49,044 bases of DNA from Donghicola sp. (GCA_964224285.1 CAXQKF010000339.1:1-49044), one strand, 5' to 3'; counted from the first letter of the stretch, positions 34,950 to 46,366 are shown. Notes: generated by a model from the sequence alone, not told the origin. Numbers and translations are program-made.

Positions 34950-35966
34950 ATGAAAATGACCCGTTTCAGTGCCCTCGCAGTCCTTGCTTTGACCACCACC
35001 GCTGCCCACGCAGACACCGCTGGTTTGCAGATCGCCGAGGTCTTTATGCCTCATCACGACAAAGCCACCCGCGTGGCGATCTGGTATCCCGCTGGATCGG
35101 CGGCAGAGACCACCGTTTACGCGGACAATCCCGTGTTTCAGGGGGTCGAAGCGGCGATGGATGCCACCGCCGCGCAGGGTGAATTCCCCGTCGTGCTCTT
35201 CAGTCACGGAATGGGCGGGACGGACCGCGCCCAAGCGTGGCTCGGGGCGGCATTGGCAGAGCGCGGGGTCATCACGGTGTTGGTGAACCACCCGAACACC
35301 ACTTGGGGAGACTTTGACATGACCAAAGGCGTTGCGCACTGGACCCGTGCGCAGGACATGACGACCGCGCTGGATTGGCTCTTGGCGCAGCCCGATCTGG
35401 CGGCTCATGTAGATCTGTCCCGAGTGATGGCCGCCGGGTTTTCCTATGGCGGTTGGACGGCCTTGTCGCTTGGGGGGATGACGGGCAATCACGCCGGTCT
35501 GGTGCAAGCCTGCGAGGCCTATCCCCAGATGGAGGCCTGCCCGGTGATGATGTCCGACGAGGTGAACCTGCAAGGGATCGACCCCGCCAAGTGGAATGCC
35601 AGCTACGCCGACACCCGCGTGACCGAGGTTGTTGCGATTGATCCGGGGTTTGTCTGGGGGCTGGCGCCGACGGATGTGACGGGTTTGCTGCCAGACACGC
35701 TGATGATCGGGTTTGGCGGGGCTCAGGACAGGATGCTGGCCACAAACTTTGATCAAAGCGGTCTGGCCGCGCTGATGGGGGAACGCGAGGTCGTGCAGAT
35801 CGACCCCGCCTATCATTTCACCGCGATGCCCCTGTGCAAAGCCGAAGGCGAGGCCATTCTCGCTGCGGACAAGGATGACCCCGTTTGCACCGACCCTGCG
35901 GGTTCCGATCGTGCGGCGATCCATGGGCGGATCGTCGAACTGATCGCGGGCGCTTTGGGCAAGTGA
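34950..35966 (+). CDS. Secreted alpha/beta hydrolase (dienelactone hydrolase/PAF-AH-like)
   Basis: Signal peptide ending AHA; IWYP, FSHGMGG, nucleophile GFSYGG, AIDPG, YHF. Confidence 0.85.
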   Translation: MKMTRFSALAVLALTTTAAHADTAGLQIAEVFMPHHDKATRVAIWYPAGSAAETTVYADNPVFQGVEAAMDATAAQGEFPVVLFSHGMGGTDRAQAWLGAALAERGVITVLVNHPNTTWGDFDMTKGVAHWTRAQDMTTALDWLLAQPDLAAHVDLSRVMAAGFSYGGWTALSLGGMTGNHAGLVQACEAYPQMEACPVMMSDEVNLQGIDPAKWNASYADTRVTEVVAIDPGFVWGLAPTDVTGLLPDTLMIGFGGAQDRMLATNFDQSGLAALMGEREVVQIDPAYHFTAMPLCKAEGEAILAADKDDPVCTDPAGSDRAAIHGRIVELIAGALGK

Positions 35967-35972
35967 CCCTGA

Positions 35973-36953
35973 TCAGGGCCACAGCATCCAGATGTAGCCG
36001 CCATAGCCTGCCAGAAGGATCGCGCCTTCGCGCCGACCAACCCGCAGGCCGGTGGCCGCAAAGACGAGCAGCAAAAGGGATACGCCGACCATCACGGGCG
36101 CGTCAAAGCGGATGATCTCGGGCGGGACATAGGACGGTGCAATCAGCGCAGTCGTCCCGCCAATTCCGAGGATGTTGTAGATGTTGGACCCGACCACGTT
36201 GCCAAAGGCCACGTCGCCCTGACGCTTCAGCGCCGCGATGACAGAGGTTACAAGTTCCGGCATCGACGTGCCGACGGCCACGATGGTCAGCCCGATGATG
36301 GTCTCTGAAACGCCAAACCCCCGAGCCAGCGCCACCGCGCCGTTCACCAGAAATGACCCGCCCGCGACCACCAACAGCAAACCGCCAAGAGCAATGAGCA
36401 GCGAAGACGCCATCCCCTTGGACGCAGAATTGCCGAGGCTGGGGTCCACACCCATCAACGCCTCGCTCTTGTCATGGATGGCACCCTCAGCGGCGGTGTT
36501 CCGTTCCTGATAGATCACGAACCAGATGTACCCGATCAGTAACCCGACCAAAACCGCGCCGACGATCCGGTCCATGGGCATGACCCACGCCAGACCGGTA
36601 AAGGCGGCTGCTACGGCCAGCATGACAACCGCATCGCGCCGCAATGCCGAACGCGCGACGACAATCGGGCAGATCACAGCCGAAACCCCTGCGATCAGGA
36701 GGATGTTGGCAATGTTGGAGCCTACGATGTTTCCGAATGCAATTCCGGGTGATCCGTTCAAACCGGCCTGCACCGAAGTCACCAGCTCTGGCATCGACGT
36801 GCCGAACCCGACCAGCGTCAGGCCGATCACCAGTGGGGAAATCCCGATCCGCTCTGCGGCCTGAACAGCGCCGCGGACGAGCAATTCGCCCCCCGCAACA
36901 AGTAGAATAAGCCCGCCAAGCAGGGGTAGCCAAGTGTCCATAATCGTCGTCAT
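35973..36953 (-). CDS. Ca2+/Na+ antiporter (CaCA, YrbG-like)
   Basis: Two alpha-repeats: GTSMPEL...GNIVGSNIAN and GTSMPEL...GNVVGSNIYN. Confidence 0.93.
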   Translation of the reverse strand: MTTIMDTWLPLLGGLILLVAGGELLVRGAVQAAERIGISPLVIGLTLVGFGTSMPELVTSVQAGLNGSPGIAFGNIVGSNIANILLIAGVSAVICPIVVARSALRRDAVVMLAVAAAFTGLAWVMPMDRIVGAVLVGLLIGYIWFVIYQERNTAAEGAIHDKSEALMGVDPSLGNSASKGMASSLLIALGGLLLVVAGGSFLVNGAVALARGFGVSETIIGLTIVAVGTSMPELVTSVIAALKRQGDVAFGNVVGSNIYNILGIGGTTALIAPSYVPPEIIRFDAPVMVGVSLLLLVFAATGLRVGRREGAILLAGYGGYIWMLWP

Positions 36954-37152
36954 TCCTTGAGTGCGGTCTATCCGCTCTGGCTTAGATGGAGCGGTCCGAA
37001 ACGGTCTGCAAGGTGTGCACGTCGCATTATTCTACGGGCCATGCCAGTCCACAAAACGTAGAACAATCAGGCGAAAACTTGCATTCCCCCTGGAATTTTC
37101 GGATAGGGCAGGCAGCCAAGGCCACGCCGGAAACCGAAAGCCGATTGCCACG

Positions 37153-37677
37153 ATGACACAGACCGACCTGCTCACGACCGATTGTTCGAAATGCGCGGCG
37201 CTCTGCTGTCTGGTTCTGGCCTTCGACAAGGGCGAGGATTTCGCCTTTAACAAGAACCCCTGCGAGCCTTGCCGGAATTTGTCGGATCACAGCTGTTCGA
37301 TCCATGATCGTCTCTTGGAAGAGGGGTTTCGCGGGTGCGTGGCCTACGATTGCCTCGGCGCGGGGAACCGTGTGATCCAGGAGGTGTTCGGCGGGAAATC
37401 ATGGCGGCAGGAACCGCGCCTGATGCGCGTGATGATGGAAGCCTTCTCCGGTATGCGAGAGGTCCACAAACGCATTGATCTGCTACGCGCCGCCGAAACC
37501 CTGCCTCTCAGCGACCGCGACGAGCAATCCCGCCGCGGCTATCTGGAACGTCTGGAAAACAAACGCTGGAGCGGCACCGAGCTGAACGATTTCGAAGTCG
37601 ATCTCGCTCTCGGGATCGACCTCTTCTTTCACGGGATCAGGGACTACCTGCCGGTGTCATTCTTTGATCAGGGCTGA
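37153..37677 (+). CDS. Cys-rich hypothetical protein (CxxCxxxCC metal-binding-like domain)
   Basis: DCSKCAALCC...PCEPC...CSIH...GFRGCVAYDCLGAG; probable ATG 37153 (the ORF track starts at 36961). Confidence 0.75.
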   Translation: MTQTDLLTTDCSKCAALCCLVLAFDKGEDFAFNKNPCEPCRNLSDHSCSIHDRLLEEGFRGCVAYDCLGAGNRVIQEVFGGKSWRQEPRLMRVMMEAFSGMREVHKRIDLLRAAETLPLSDRDEQSRRGYLERLENKRWSGTELNDFEVDLALGIDLFFHGIRDYLPVSFFDQG

Positions 37678-37698
37678 ACCTGCGGGGGCGGATCGCCC

Positions 37699-39708
37699 CT
37701 AAAACGCAGGCACATGTTCCATAATCTTGGACGTGAGTTTGCGTGCGCCGGTGAGGGATAGGTGATCGTCATCGAAATATAGAATCTCTCCGTCCGCCGC
37801 GTTCCAGCAACGCTCTTCATCGCAAAGGACATCTGCCGGACGCACATGAGAGATGTTCGGGCCCGTGATCGCCGACAGAAGCGTCTCGGCCTTCTGGGCC
37901 CGATCTTCGAAAACAGAGCGTGAGGTGGTGATTTCAGGCTCTTCTAGGCCGTTGTAGAAGGCCAGCTTTGCAGCGCGTTTGGGTACGGTCCATCCGGCCT
38001 CGGGGGTGGGATGGACGATGATGAGATGCTCGCTCGCGGCACTCAACTGGTCAAAGCTCTCGAGAAGGGCAGCTTTGCGGATTGCGGCCAGCGTATCCAA
38101 ATCTTCCGGGCTTGAGAGAGCGGATAGTTCGAATGTTTGTTGGGGTTCGTATTGGGAGAATTCCTTGCCGCCTTCGCGATTGTCGAATTTCTCGCGCGAG
38201 AAAAACAATTGCCAACGCGAGGCGACGACTGTGAGGTCTGGCTGCTCTTGTTGTAGATACTCCAGATTTTTCGCGAAAATCTCGCTGCAATCCATCTGGT
38301 CCAGTGACAAACCAAGGACAGGCTGACAACGGGCAACCGTCAGCTGCGTTACATGCCAGCCCTCCCGCTCGAGAGCTTTGCGAAGTGGCTGCGAGATTGC
38401 CGCTGCGTGACTGTCGCCCAAGATTACGGCTGTCCGGCCTTCTTCGTTTATGGCGCTGATGCACTTGGGGTTCGGGGGAAATCTGTAGCCAGTTCTGTCA
38501 GAGTAACTTTGTAGCAGGCATATCTCTCTGTTCGGGCTGAAATCGTCGGCCGCCGCGAGCTGATTTGTCACCCTCTCTGGCACGCGCCACGGTGCGCCGT
38601 TGATGACGTGCAGGGATGCGCCAATCCCGAAGATCGCGATCAATGTGATGGCTGCACCGGTCAGCAGACCGGTTTGGCTGGGGAGGATCGGTTTGGGGCG
38701 ATCGCGACCGGTGCGGAAGGGCGCTTCGACGTATTTCCAGCTGAGGGTCGCTAGGACGAGTGCAAGCACTGCCAAAGAGAGCATCAGATAAATCGATGGC
38801 TGTCCGATGGAGCGGATCCGTGCAAAGGCAAAAAGCGGTTGATGCCAAAGGTACGCCGAATAGCTGACCAGACCGATAAACACGACAGGCCGCAAGGACA
38901 GCAATCGCGCGACATGTGTGGTTTCTCTGGCATAGAGGATGATCAAAGCCGATCCGCCAACAGGAATGAGTGTCCAGATCGAAGGGTGCGGTGTGTTTTT
39001 GTCGAACAGGACATAGCTGGCGATCAGCAGTGCTAGTCCGCTCGCGGCGAGGGCTTCGTTTGCCTTCGGCGTTTTCCAGTTCAGTGCGAATGCACAAAGA
39101 CCGCCCGCCATGAGTTCCCATGTGCGGGATGGCAAAAGATAAAAGCCAGCCTCGGGCGCTTGGCTAGAGGTGTATTGCGCCAGAGCAAGGCTGGCGACAA
39201 ACAGGAAGAGGATACAGCCCAACACAGCGCGCCGCCCGAATTTCCAAACCAAGGCAAGGAATGGAGGGAAAAGGATGTAATATTGCTCCTCGACGGCCAG
39301 TGACCACGTATGGACCAAAGGCTTCAACTCATTCCATTCGGCGAAATAGTCTGTTTCCTGCCAGAAGAGAAAGTTGGAAGCAAAGAGCGCGGTTGCGACG
39401 ATGCTCTGCCCGAAATCACGAAGATCGGTCGGAAACATCCACATCCAGGCAAACGGCAAACATGCCAGAATAACTACAGTGAGTGCGGGGAGAATGCGCC
39501 GCGCACGACGCTCGTAGAATTTTAAGATTGAGTATTGGCCACCTTCTATCTCCGTGAGGAGAATGGAGGTAATCAAGTAACCTGAAATGACAAAGAAAAT
39601 ATCAACGCCGATGTATCCGCCACTCAGGCCATTTACACCAGCATGGTAAAAGATAACGGGTAAAACTGCAAAAGCCCGTAGTCCATCTATTTCGGATCGA
39701 TATTTCAT
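37699..39708 (-). CDS. Acyltransferase-3/SGNH fusion O-acetyltransferase (OafA/OatA-like)
   Basis: YRSEIDGLRA, GVDIFFVISGYLI, HTWSLAVEEQYY, SYSAYLWHQP; SGNH GDSHA and DDDHLS. Confidence 0.93.
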   Translation of the reverse strand: MKYRSEIDGLRAFAVLPVIFYHAGVNGLSGGYIGVDIFFVISGYLITSILLTEIEGGQYSILKFYERRARRILPALTVVILACLPFAWMWMFPTDLRDFGQSIVATALFASNFLFWQETDYFAEWNELKPLVHTWSLAVEEQYYILFPPFLALVWKFGRRAVLGCILFLFVASLALAQYTSSQAPEAGFYLLPSRTWELMAGGLCAFALNWKTPKANEALAASGLALLIASYVLFDKNTPHPSIWTLIPVGGSALIILYARETTHVARLLSLRPVVFIGLVSYSAYLWHQPLFAFARIRSIGQPSIYLMLSLAVLALVLATLSWKYVEAPFRTGRDRPKPILPSQTGLLTGAAITLIAIFGIGASLHVINGAPWRVPERVTNQLAAADDFSPNREICLLQSYSDRTGYRFPPNPKCISAINEEGRTAVILGDSHAAAISQPLRKALEREGWHVTQLTVARCQPVLGLSLDQMDCSEIFAKNLEYLQQEQPDLTVVASRWQLFFSREKFDNREGGKEFSQYEPQQTFELSALSSPEDLDTLAAIRKAALLESFDQLSAASEHLIIVHPTPEAGWTVPKRAAKLAFYNGLEEPEITTSRSVFEDRAQKAETLLSAITGPNISHVRPADVLCDEERCWNAADGEILYFDDDHLSLTGARKLTSKIMEHVPAF

Positions 39709-39893
39709 ATCTTGATTCCTGAAATGACGATTTGGGAGAATGTGTGGATACTGTAGGCAGCGTTCTTCTTATTATGCAAATTTTAGTAAATTAAATTTTG
39801 GGTGCTGTGCGAATATGGGGTCCCGTTGTGTATTGATTGTGCGACTTGCATTTTTGCATTGAATTGATTCAATTTCGTGTAGGCACTGCACAC

Positions 39894-39921
39894 AAAAAGA
39901 ACCGCCGGTAAAAGGCGGTTC
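39894..39921 (-). terminator. Intrinsic terminator of the iol operon
   Basis: GAACCGCC...GGCGGTTC stem with an A-run on plus (U-run on minus). Confidence 0.7.
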
Positions 39922-39983
39922 CCGTTTGGCTGCATGGCTTCCTTCTGCAAGGAGGCGATTTGGGGCAGGGAATTTCTCTGGTT

Positions 39984-41020
39984 CTAATGCGCGGCCGAAT
40001 AATCAATCCCGAGGGCCGCAACGATTTTGTCGAGCGCGCTGAGCATGGACAGAGAGGCCTCTGGCGGGCGGGCTGGCGTTTCCAAGCGGCCTGCACTGAT
40101 GCATCGGGCGACCTCGGCGGCCTCGTAGTATAGTCCTTCGAAATGGCGACCGACGGGTTCGTCGTAGGACAAAACCGTCGTCCCATCCGCAGAGATGACC
40201 TGGAACGGCCCGGGAAGGTTGAATTCACTGCCAAAGCGGATTGTGCCCTTGGTCCCCACCACAACCGCATTCGTCGGGGTAAAGCCGTAGAGGGTCGTGG
40301 CCATGTTCGCCAGATTGCCCTTTCCGTCAGACAGAACGGCCGAAATTTGCCCGTGCACGCCGCTATGATCCATCTGCTTGAAGCCCGTGACCTGTTCCGG
40401 CACCCCCATCAGTTTGGTGATGAGCGACAGCGGATAGGTCCCCAGATCCAGCAGTGGCCCACCTGCCAGCGCGGGATCGAATATCCGGTGATCACGGGTG
40501 AAGTATTCGCCGTACTCCGTGTGAACGGACTTGATCTCTCCCAGAATGCCGCTGTCCAGAACCTGCTGAAGCACATCGAACTTGGGCAGGAAGTAGGTCC
40601 ATAGGGCCTCGGCCAGAAAGAGGCCCTTGGCGCGGGCCAAACCCACCAATTCCGCGCCTTGGGCGTGGGTCATCGCCATCGGCTTTTCGATGAACACATG
40701 CTTGCCCGCCTCAAGCGCCAGTTTGGCATGGGCAAAGTGCAGGTTGTGGGGCGTGGCCACATAGATCACGTCCAGATCGGGATCGGCCACCAGTGCCTCA
40801 TAGCTGCCGTGGGCGGAGGGGATATCCCACGTCTTGGCAAATGCGTCGGCTTTGCCAAGACTGCGTGATCCGACCGCCTGAAACACCTGCCGCGTATGGG
40901 CGCGGGTGCTGCGGATGAACTGTTCCGAGATCCAGCCCGACCCCAGAATACCCCAGCGCAGGGCCGGGGCCTCCATCGGATCGGGAATGCGGGACGTGGG
41001 CAACTGATCGGGAAAGCCCA

Positions 41021-41021
<1 letters not shown>
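39984..41021 (-). CDS. Gfo/Idh/MocA oxidoreductase (dihydrodiol/sugar dehydrogenase-like)
   Basis: RWGILGSGWI, YVATPH, HVFIEKP, GGPLLDLGTY; ATG 41021 coupled to the upstream stop. Confidence 0.9.
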
Positions 41022-42184
<1,163 letters not shown>

Positions 42185-42196
42185 GGGTTGGTTCCT

Positions 42197-43108
42197 TTAT
42201 TGGCCCTGAAACAGGGTCCGAAGTGTCTGGTGGGCACGCATCACCGCCGGCAGGGGCGGGGCGATTTGCGGGTCTTGTTCGGCCTCGACGATCAGCCAGC
42301 CCTGATAGCTGCCGGACTGGACGAAGTCCTTGATGGGGGTGAAATCCACGCAGCCATCACCGGGGACGGTGAACATGCCCGCGCGGACGGAATCGTTGAA
42401 ACTGGAGTCATTGCGACGGACATCGGCCATCACATCGGCCCGCATGTCCTTCAGGTGAATATGGTTGATCCGGTCGCCAAAGCGGTCAATCAGGCGGGCA
42501 TAGTCAAAGCCCCCCGCCGCCGCGTGGCCCGTATCCAGCAGCAACCCAAGGCGGCGGCCCGCGCGGTCAAACAGGCGGCTGACCTCATCCAAAGTCTCGC
42601 AGACCATCATCAGGTGGTGGTGATAGGCTAATTTCAGGCCGAATTCGCCCGCCAGCCACGCGCCGTATTCGCTCAGGCGGTCGGCGTAATCGCGGGCCTC
42701 GTCAGGGCTCATGGTCAGGCGGGTGGACATGGGCGCGTCCAAAGGCGCGTCCCCTGCCATCATCGCAACTTCGCCGTAGACCATCACGTCACAGCCCATC
42801 GCCTGCAACAGCGCGGCGTGTTCCCGTGTGGCGGCGCATTCCACTTGCAGATCGCGGCTGGCCAACTCGCCCGAGTACCAGCCCGAAGCCAGCTTCAGCC
42901 ACCGCGAAGACAGCATCGGCCCCAAGGTAACCGCATCGCGGGGGAACAGACGTCCCAGTTCGACCCCCTCATATCCGGCCTTGGCGGCCTCATTCAGACA
43001 AGAGGACAAAGGGTTATCGCCCCCCAGATCGTGCAGCACGTCATTGGTCCATGACAAAGGGCTGACCCCAAGACGGACCCCATAGGGTAGAAAATCGTTA
43101 ACACTCAC
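42197..43108 (-). CDS. iolE: myo-inosose-2 dehydratase
   Basis: SPLSWTND, GVELG, YHHHL, LLDTGH, HIHLKD, FTVPGDG, VEAEQDP. Confidence 0.9.
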   Translation of the reverse strand: MSVNDFLPYGVRLGVSPLSWTNDVLHDLGGDNPLSSCLNEAAKAGYEGVELGRLFPRDAVTLGPMLSSRWLKLASGWYSGELASRDLQVECAATREHAALLQAMGCDVMVYGEVAMMAGDAPLDAPMSTRLTMSPDEARDYADRLSEYGAWLAGEFGLKLAYHHHLMMVCETLDEVSRLFDRAGRRLGLLLDTGHAAAGGFDYARLIDRFGDRINHIHLKDMRADVMADVRRNDSSFNDSVRAGMFTVPGDGCVDFTPIKDFVQSGSYQGWLIVEAEQDPQIAPPLPAVMRAHQTLRTLFQGQ

Positions 43109-43111
43109 GGG

Positions 43112-44116
43112 TCAGGGCCTCCAATCCTTGCCAAATTGTACTGGCTGGCCTGTCTTGGCCGAGACTATGGCGGCCTCGACCAGACGCTGTGCCTCATAGC
43201 CGTCACGGATGCCCGCCAGCGGCGGGGTGCCGTCACAGATCATGGCGACAAAGGCGGTCATCTCATCGCGGTAGGCTTGGGTGAACCGTTCGATAAAGTA
43301 GTTTTCGGGCGCGGCCTGAAGGGCACCGGCAGGGCTGGCGACCGACAGCATGGAGTGGGGCTGGTTGCCGATGGTCAGAACCTCGTTGGCGCACAGGGCC
43401 TCAAGCCGTTGATCATAGCCCATCGGACCACGGCGGCAGGCGGTGATCTGGCCCTGACGGCCCGACACTGTGGTGACAGTAACCATCAGGCTGTCGATAT
43501 CTCCTGCCGCGCCGATCTCTGGACTGATCAGGCAGGCACCGACGGCATAGACCGAGGCGATCTCTTCGCGCAGGAAGAACCGCAGCATATCCGCATCGTG
43601 AATGGTGCTGTCACGGAACATCCCGCCCGAGGTTTCCACATAGCTGCGCGGCGGCGGGCTGGGGTCGCGGGACCACATGCTGAGCTGTTCAATGGGGCCG
43701 GTGACGCCGCTGTCGATCCGCTGGCGGGCAGCCAGAAAGCTGGCGTCATAGCGGCGCTGGAAGCCAAGCATACAAGGGATGCCGCTGGCCTCGACCTTTT
43801 CCACGACGGCGGCGGTCAGTGCAAAATCCAGACTGATCGGCTTCTCGCAGAACACGGCTTTGCCACTTGCGGCGGCCTGTTCCAGAAGGCCCGCGTGGGA
43901 ATTGGTGCTGCTGGCGATGATGATCCCGTCGATGCTATGGTCAGCAAACACCGCTTCGGTCGAGGTGATCTCTGCACCCGTCTCGGCGGCCAAGGTCGCC
44001 CGTTGTGGGGTGTCTATAGGATCCACCAATGCCGCTAGGGTGACATCGGGATGTGCAGCCGCATTGCGTGCGTGAACACCCCCGATCCGGCCTGCGCCGA
44101 AACAAGCTAATCTCAT
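43112..44116 (-). CDS. iolG: myo-inositol 2-dehydrogenase
   Basis: GAGRIG, FCEKPI, GFQRRYD, SRDP, SGGMFRDSTIHD, GYDQRLE; ATG 44116 after GGGAGGAG. Confidence 0.85.
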   Translation of the reverse strand: MRLACFGAGRIGGVHARNAAAHPDVTLAALVDPIDTPQRATLAAETGAEITSTEAVFADHSIDGIIIASSTNSHAGLLEQAAASGKAVFCEKPISLDFALTAAVVEKVEASGIPCMLGFQRRYDASFLAARQRIDSGVTGPIEQLSMWSRDPSPPPRSYVETSGGMFRDSTIHDADMLRFFLREEIASVYAVGACLISPEIGAAGDIDSLMVTVTTVSGRQGQITACRRGPMGYDQRLEALCANEVLTIGNQPHSMLSVASPAGALQAAPENYFIERFTQAYRDEMTAFVAMICDGTPPLAGIRDGYEAQRLVEAAIVSAKTGQPVQFGKDWRP

Positions 44117-44199
44117 CAGAATACTCCTCCCATGGCAAAGCCGAGGCTTCGCTTGACCATTGGAATACGGTTGCCAAAGTGCGCGGGACAGTCCCATAT

Positions 44200-44217
44200 T
44201 TGATGAAATTTCATCAA
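44200..44217. promoter_or_regulatory. Perfect 18-bp palindromic operator between iolG and LacI-1
   Basis: TTGATGAAATTTCATCAA; related TGATG-N6/7-CATCA sites at 45280 and 46351. Confidence 0.75.
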
Positions 44218-44228
44218 GCAGCAGAGCA

Positions 44229-45236
44229 ATGGGCAAGAAGATCACGGCAGCAGATGTGGCACGGGTCGCGGGGGTTTCCCCGGCGACGGTGGACCGCGTT
44301 CTGAATGCCCGCGTGGGTGTGGCCAAGGACAAAGAGGCACGTGTTCTGACCGCTGCGCGGCAGTTGCGACTGGATCGGGCGCTGGACATTCGGGCGGCGC
44401 GGACTTTGCGGGTTGCAGCGTTCTTGCAGCCGCCCGAGAACCCGTTTCACGCGGTTCTTGCGGGGGCTTTTGCGGATCAGAACAAAGGGCCAAACCCCTA
44501 CAACCTGCAAACCAAGGTCTATTACGTGGGCCCTGACGACTCCCCCGCGAAAACCATCGCCAAAATCGCGCCGAACTATGACGCTGTCATCGTGAGCCAG
44601 CCCCAAGAGGCGGCACTGGCGACGACTTTAGAGAAACTGGCGGCCGAAGGTACACCTGTCATCACCCTCGCCACGCGCATTCTGGCCAAAGGGGTCAGCC
44701 ACGTCGGGCCGGACGATTACCGCACGGGCCGCGTTGCCGGAGAGCTGGTGGGCCGCTGCCTCGGGCGGACGGGCGGGACGATACTGGCGATCGCGGGGCA
44801 TATGTCGATGGCAGGGCAGGCCGCGCGCTATCAGGGATTTCGGGATGTCATCGCCGAGAGGTTCCCGAGGTGCAATCTGCTGCCCCTACGAGAGAGCAGG
44901 GATTCAGGATCGCGTGCAGCGGCGCTTGTAGGGGATACGTTACAGGCCCATCCCGACCTCGGGGCGATCTATAATGCCTCGGCGGGTACGATGCCGATTG
45001 CGGACTTGCTCAAGAGGCAGGGGCTCGCGGGGCAGGTCATGTTCTTCACCCATGAGTTGACTTCGGAACGCCGGTCCTTGCTGGCCGAAGGCGTGCTTGA
45101 TGCCGTGCTGGATCAGGACCCGGTCAAAGAGGTGGCAATCGCACTGCACGTGGTGGCGGACGCGTTCGGGCGCAGTCCCCTGAAGGTCGAGACCACAGAA
45201 CCGCCCGTCCGTATCTATTTCCGCGAGAGCCTTTAG
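44229..45236 (+). CDS. LacI-family transcriptional regulator 1
   Basis: ITAADVARVAGVSPATVDRVLN HTH plus periplasmic-binding-fold domain; ATG 44229. Confidence 0.92.
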   Translation: MGKKITAADVARVAGVSPATVDRVLNARVGVAKDKEARVLTAARQLRLDRALDIRAARTLRVAAFLQPPENPFHAVLAGAFADQNKGPNPYNLQTKVYYVGPDDSPAKTIAKIAPNYDAVIVSQPQEAALATTLEKLAAEGTPVITLATRILAKGVSHVGPDDYRTGRVAGELVGRCLGRTGGTILAIAGHMSMAGQAARYQGFRDVIAERFPRCNLLPLRESRDSGSRAAALVGDTLQAHPDLGAIYNASAGTMPIADLLKRQGLAGQVMFFTHELTSERRSLLAEGVLDAVLDQDPVKEVAIALHVVADAFGRSPLKVETTEPPVRIYFRESL

Positions 45237-45279
45237 GAATTTCGCATCACAGCCTTGATGATGCGTTCCTCCCGTCCCA

Positions 45280-45296
45280 TGATGCATTTCACATCA
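45280..45296. promoter_or_regulatory. Operator-like site upstream of LacI-2
   Basis: TGATGCATTTCACATCA (TGATG-N7-CATCA). Confidence 0.5.
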
Positions 45297-45318
45297 CTCA
45301 TGAGGGCGAGGGAGTGCC

Positions 45319-46353
45319 ATGGCAGGACGTCCGACAATCAGGGATCTGGCCCGCGCGGCTGGCGTTGGAACAGCGACCGTGGACCGCGCTTTGAACGGGC
45401 GCGGCACGGTGCGCGAGGAAACGGTGCGCAAGATCGCAGAGGCCGCCCATCGCATCGGGTATCATGCGGCCACCCTGATTGATCAGCAGATCGACGCTGC
45501 CTTGCCCGAGGTCACCTTTGGTTTTGTCCTGCACAAGGGCAAGCAGCAATTCTACCAGAATTTCGCCAAAGAGATCGAAGCCGCCTTCGCGGCGCGCACC
45601 GATGTGCGGGGCCGGTTGATCATCCGTTTTTCGGCATCCCAGTCCCCCGAAGACTTCCTGACCGAGATCAGAAAGATCGCCCCGAAGATCGATGTTCTGG
45701 GCAGCTCGGCCGTGAACCATCAGAGCATCACCCAAGAAGTCCGCCAGCTGAAAGACGCGGGAATCCCGTCGTTCGCGTTGCTGAACGACTTCGCCCAAGG
45801 CATCCGCGAGGCCTATTTGGGCCTTAATAATATGCAGGTTGGCCGCATGGCAGGGTGGATGGCGACCACAGCGGCCAAGGCTCCGGGCAAGCTGGCGGTA
45901 TTTGTCGGGGGGAACCGATGGCACGGCCACGAACTGCGGGAAACCGGCTTTCGCAGCTATGTGCGGGACAGTGCGCCCGGCTATACGGTCCTCGATAGCC
46001 TTGTGAATCTGGAGACGCGGCAGCTGACATATGAGTCCACTCTGGACCTTCTGGATCGGCATAGTGATCTGCGCGGGCTTTATGTCGCCGGTGGTGGCAT
46101 GGAGGGGGCGATTGCCGCCTTGCGAGAGGTCACACAGCCCAATCAGGTCGCATTGGTGGTCAACGAATTGACCGTGGACAGCCGCGCTGCATTGACCGAC
46201 GGCTACGCCACGATGGTGATCTCGACTCCCCTTCAGGAGCTGTGCACCGAGATGATCGACATGATGGTCAACGCAGCCAAACACGGCAGTTCCGAGACGC
46301 CGGGCCAGAGCTTTATCCAACCGCGCGTTTACTTGCCCGAGTCCTTTGGATGA
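45319..46353 (+). CDS. LacI-family transcriptional regulator 2
   Basis: PTIRDLARAAGVGTATVDRALN HTH plus sensor domain; GGGAG RBS. Confidence 0.92.
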   Translation: MAGRPTIRDLARAAGVGTATVDRALNGRGTVREETVRKIAEAAHRIGYHAATLIDQQIDAALPEVTFGFVLHKGKQQFYQNFAKEIEAAFAARTDVRGRLIIRFSASQSPEDFLTEIRKIAPKIDVLGSSAVNHQSITQEVRQLKDAGIPSFALLNDFAQGIREAYLGLNNMQVGRMAGWMATTAAKAPGKLAVFVGGNRWHGHELRETGFRSYVRDSAPGYTVLDSLVNLETRQLTYESTLDLLDRHSDLRGLYVAGGGMEGAIAALREVTQPNQVALVVNELTVDSRAALTDGYATMVISTPLQELCTEMIDMMVNAAKHGSSETPGQSFIQPRVYLPESFG

Positions 46354-46366
46354 TGTGATTACATCA
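46351..46366. promoter_or_regulatory. Operator upstream of the sugar ABC operon
   Basis: TGATGTGATTACATCA overlapping the LacI-2 stop; further half-sites ATTACATCA and TGATGTG at 46381-46400. Confidence 0.65.

Noticed and set aside
36954-37060. Cation-sensing riboswitch upstream of the CaCA antiporter
   Set aside because: Only a simple CCGCTC/GAGCGG hairpin; no recognisable yybP-ykoY or nhaA consensus.
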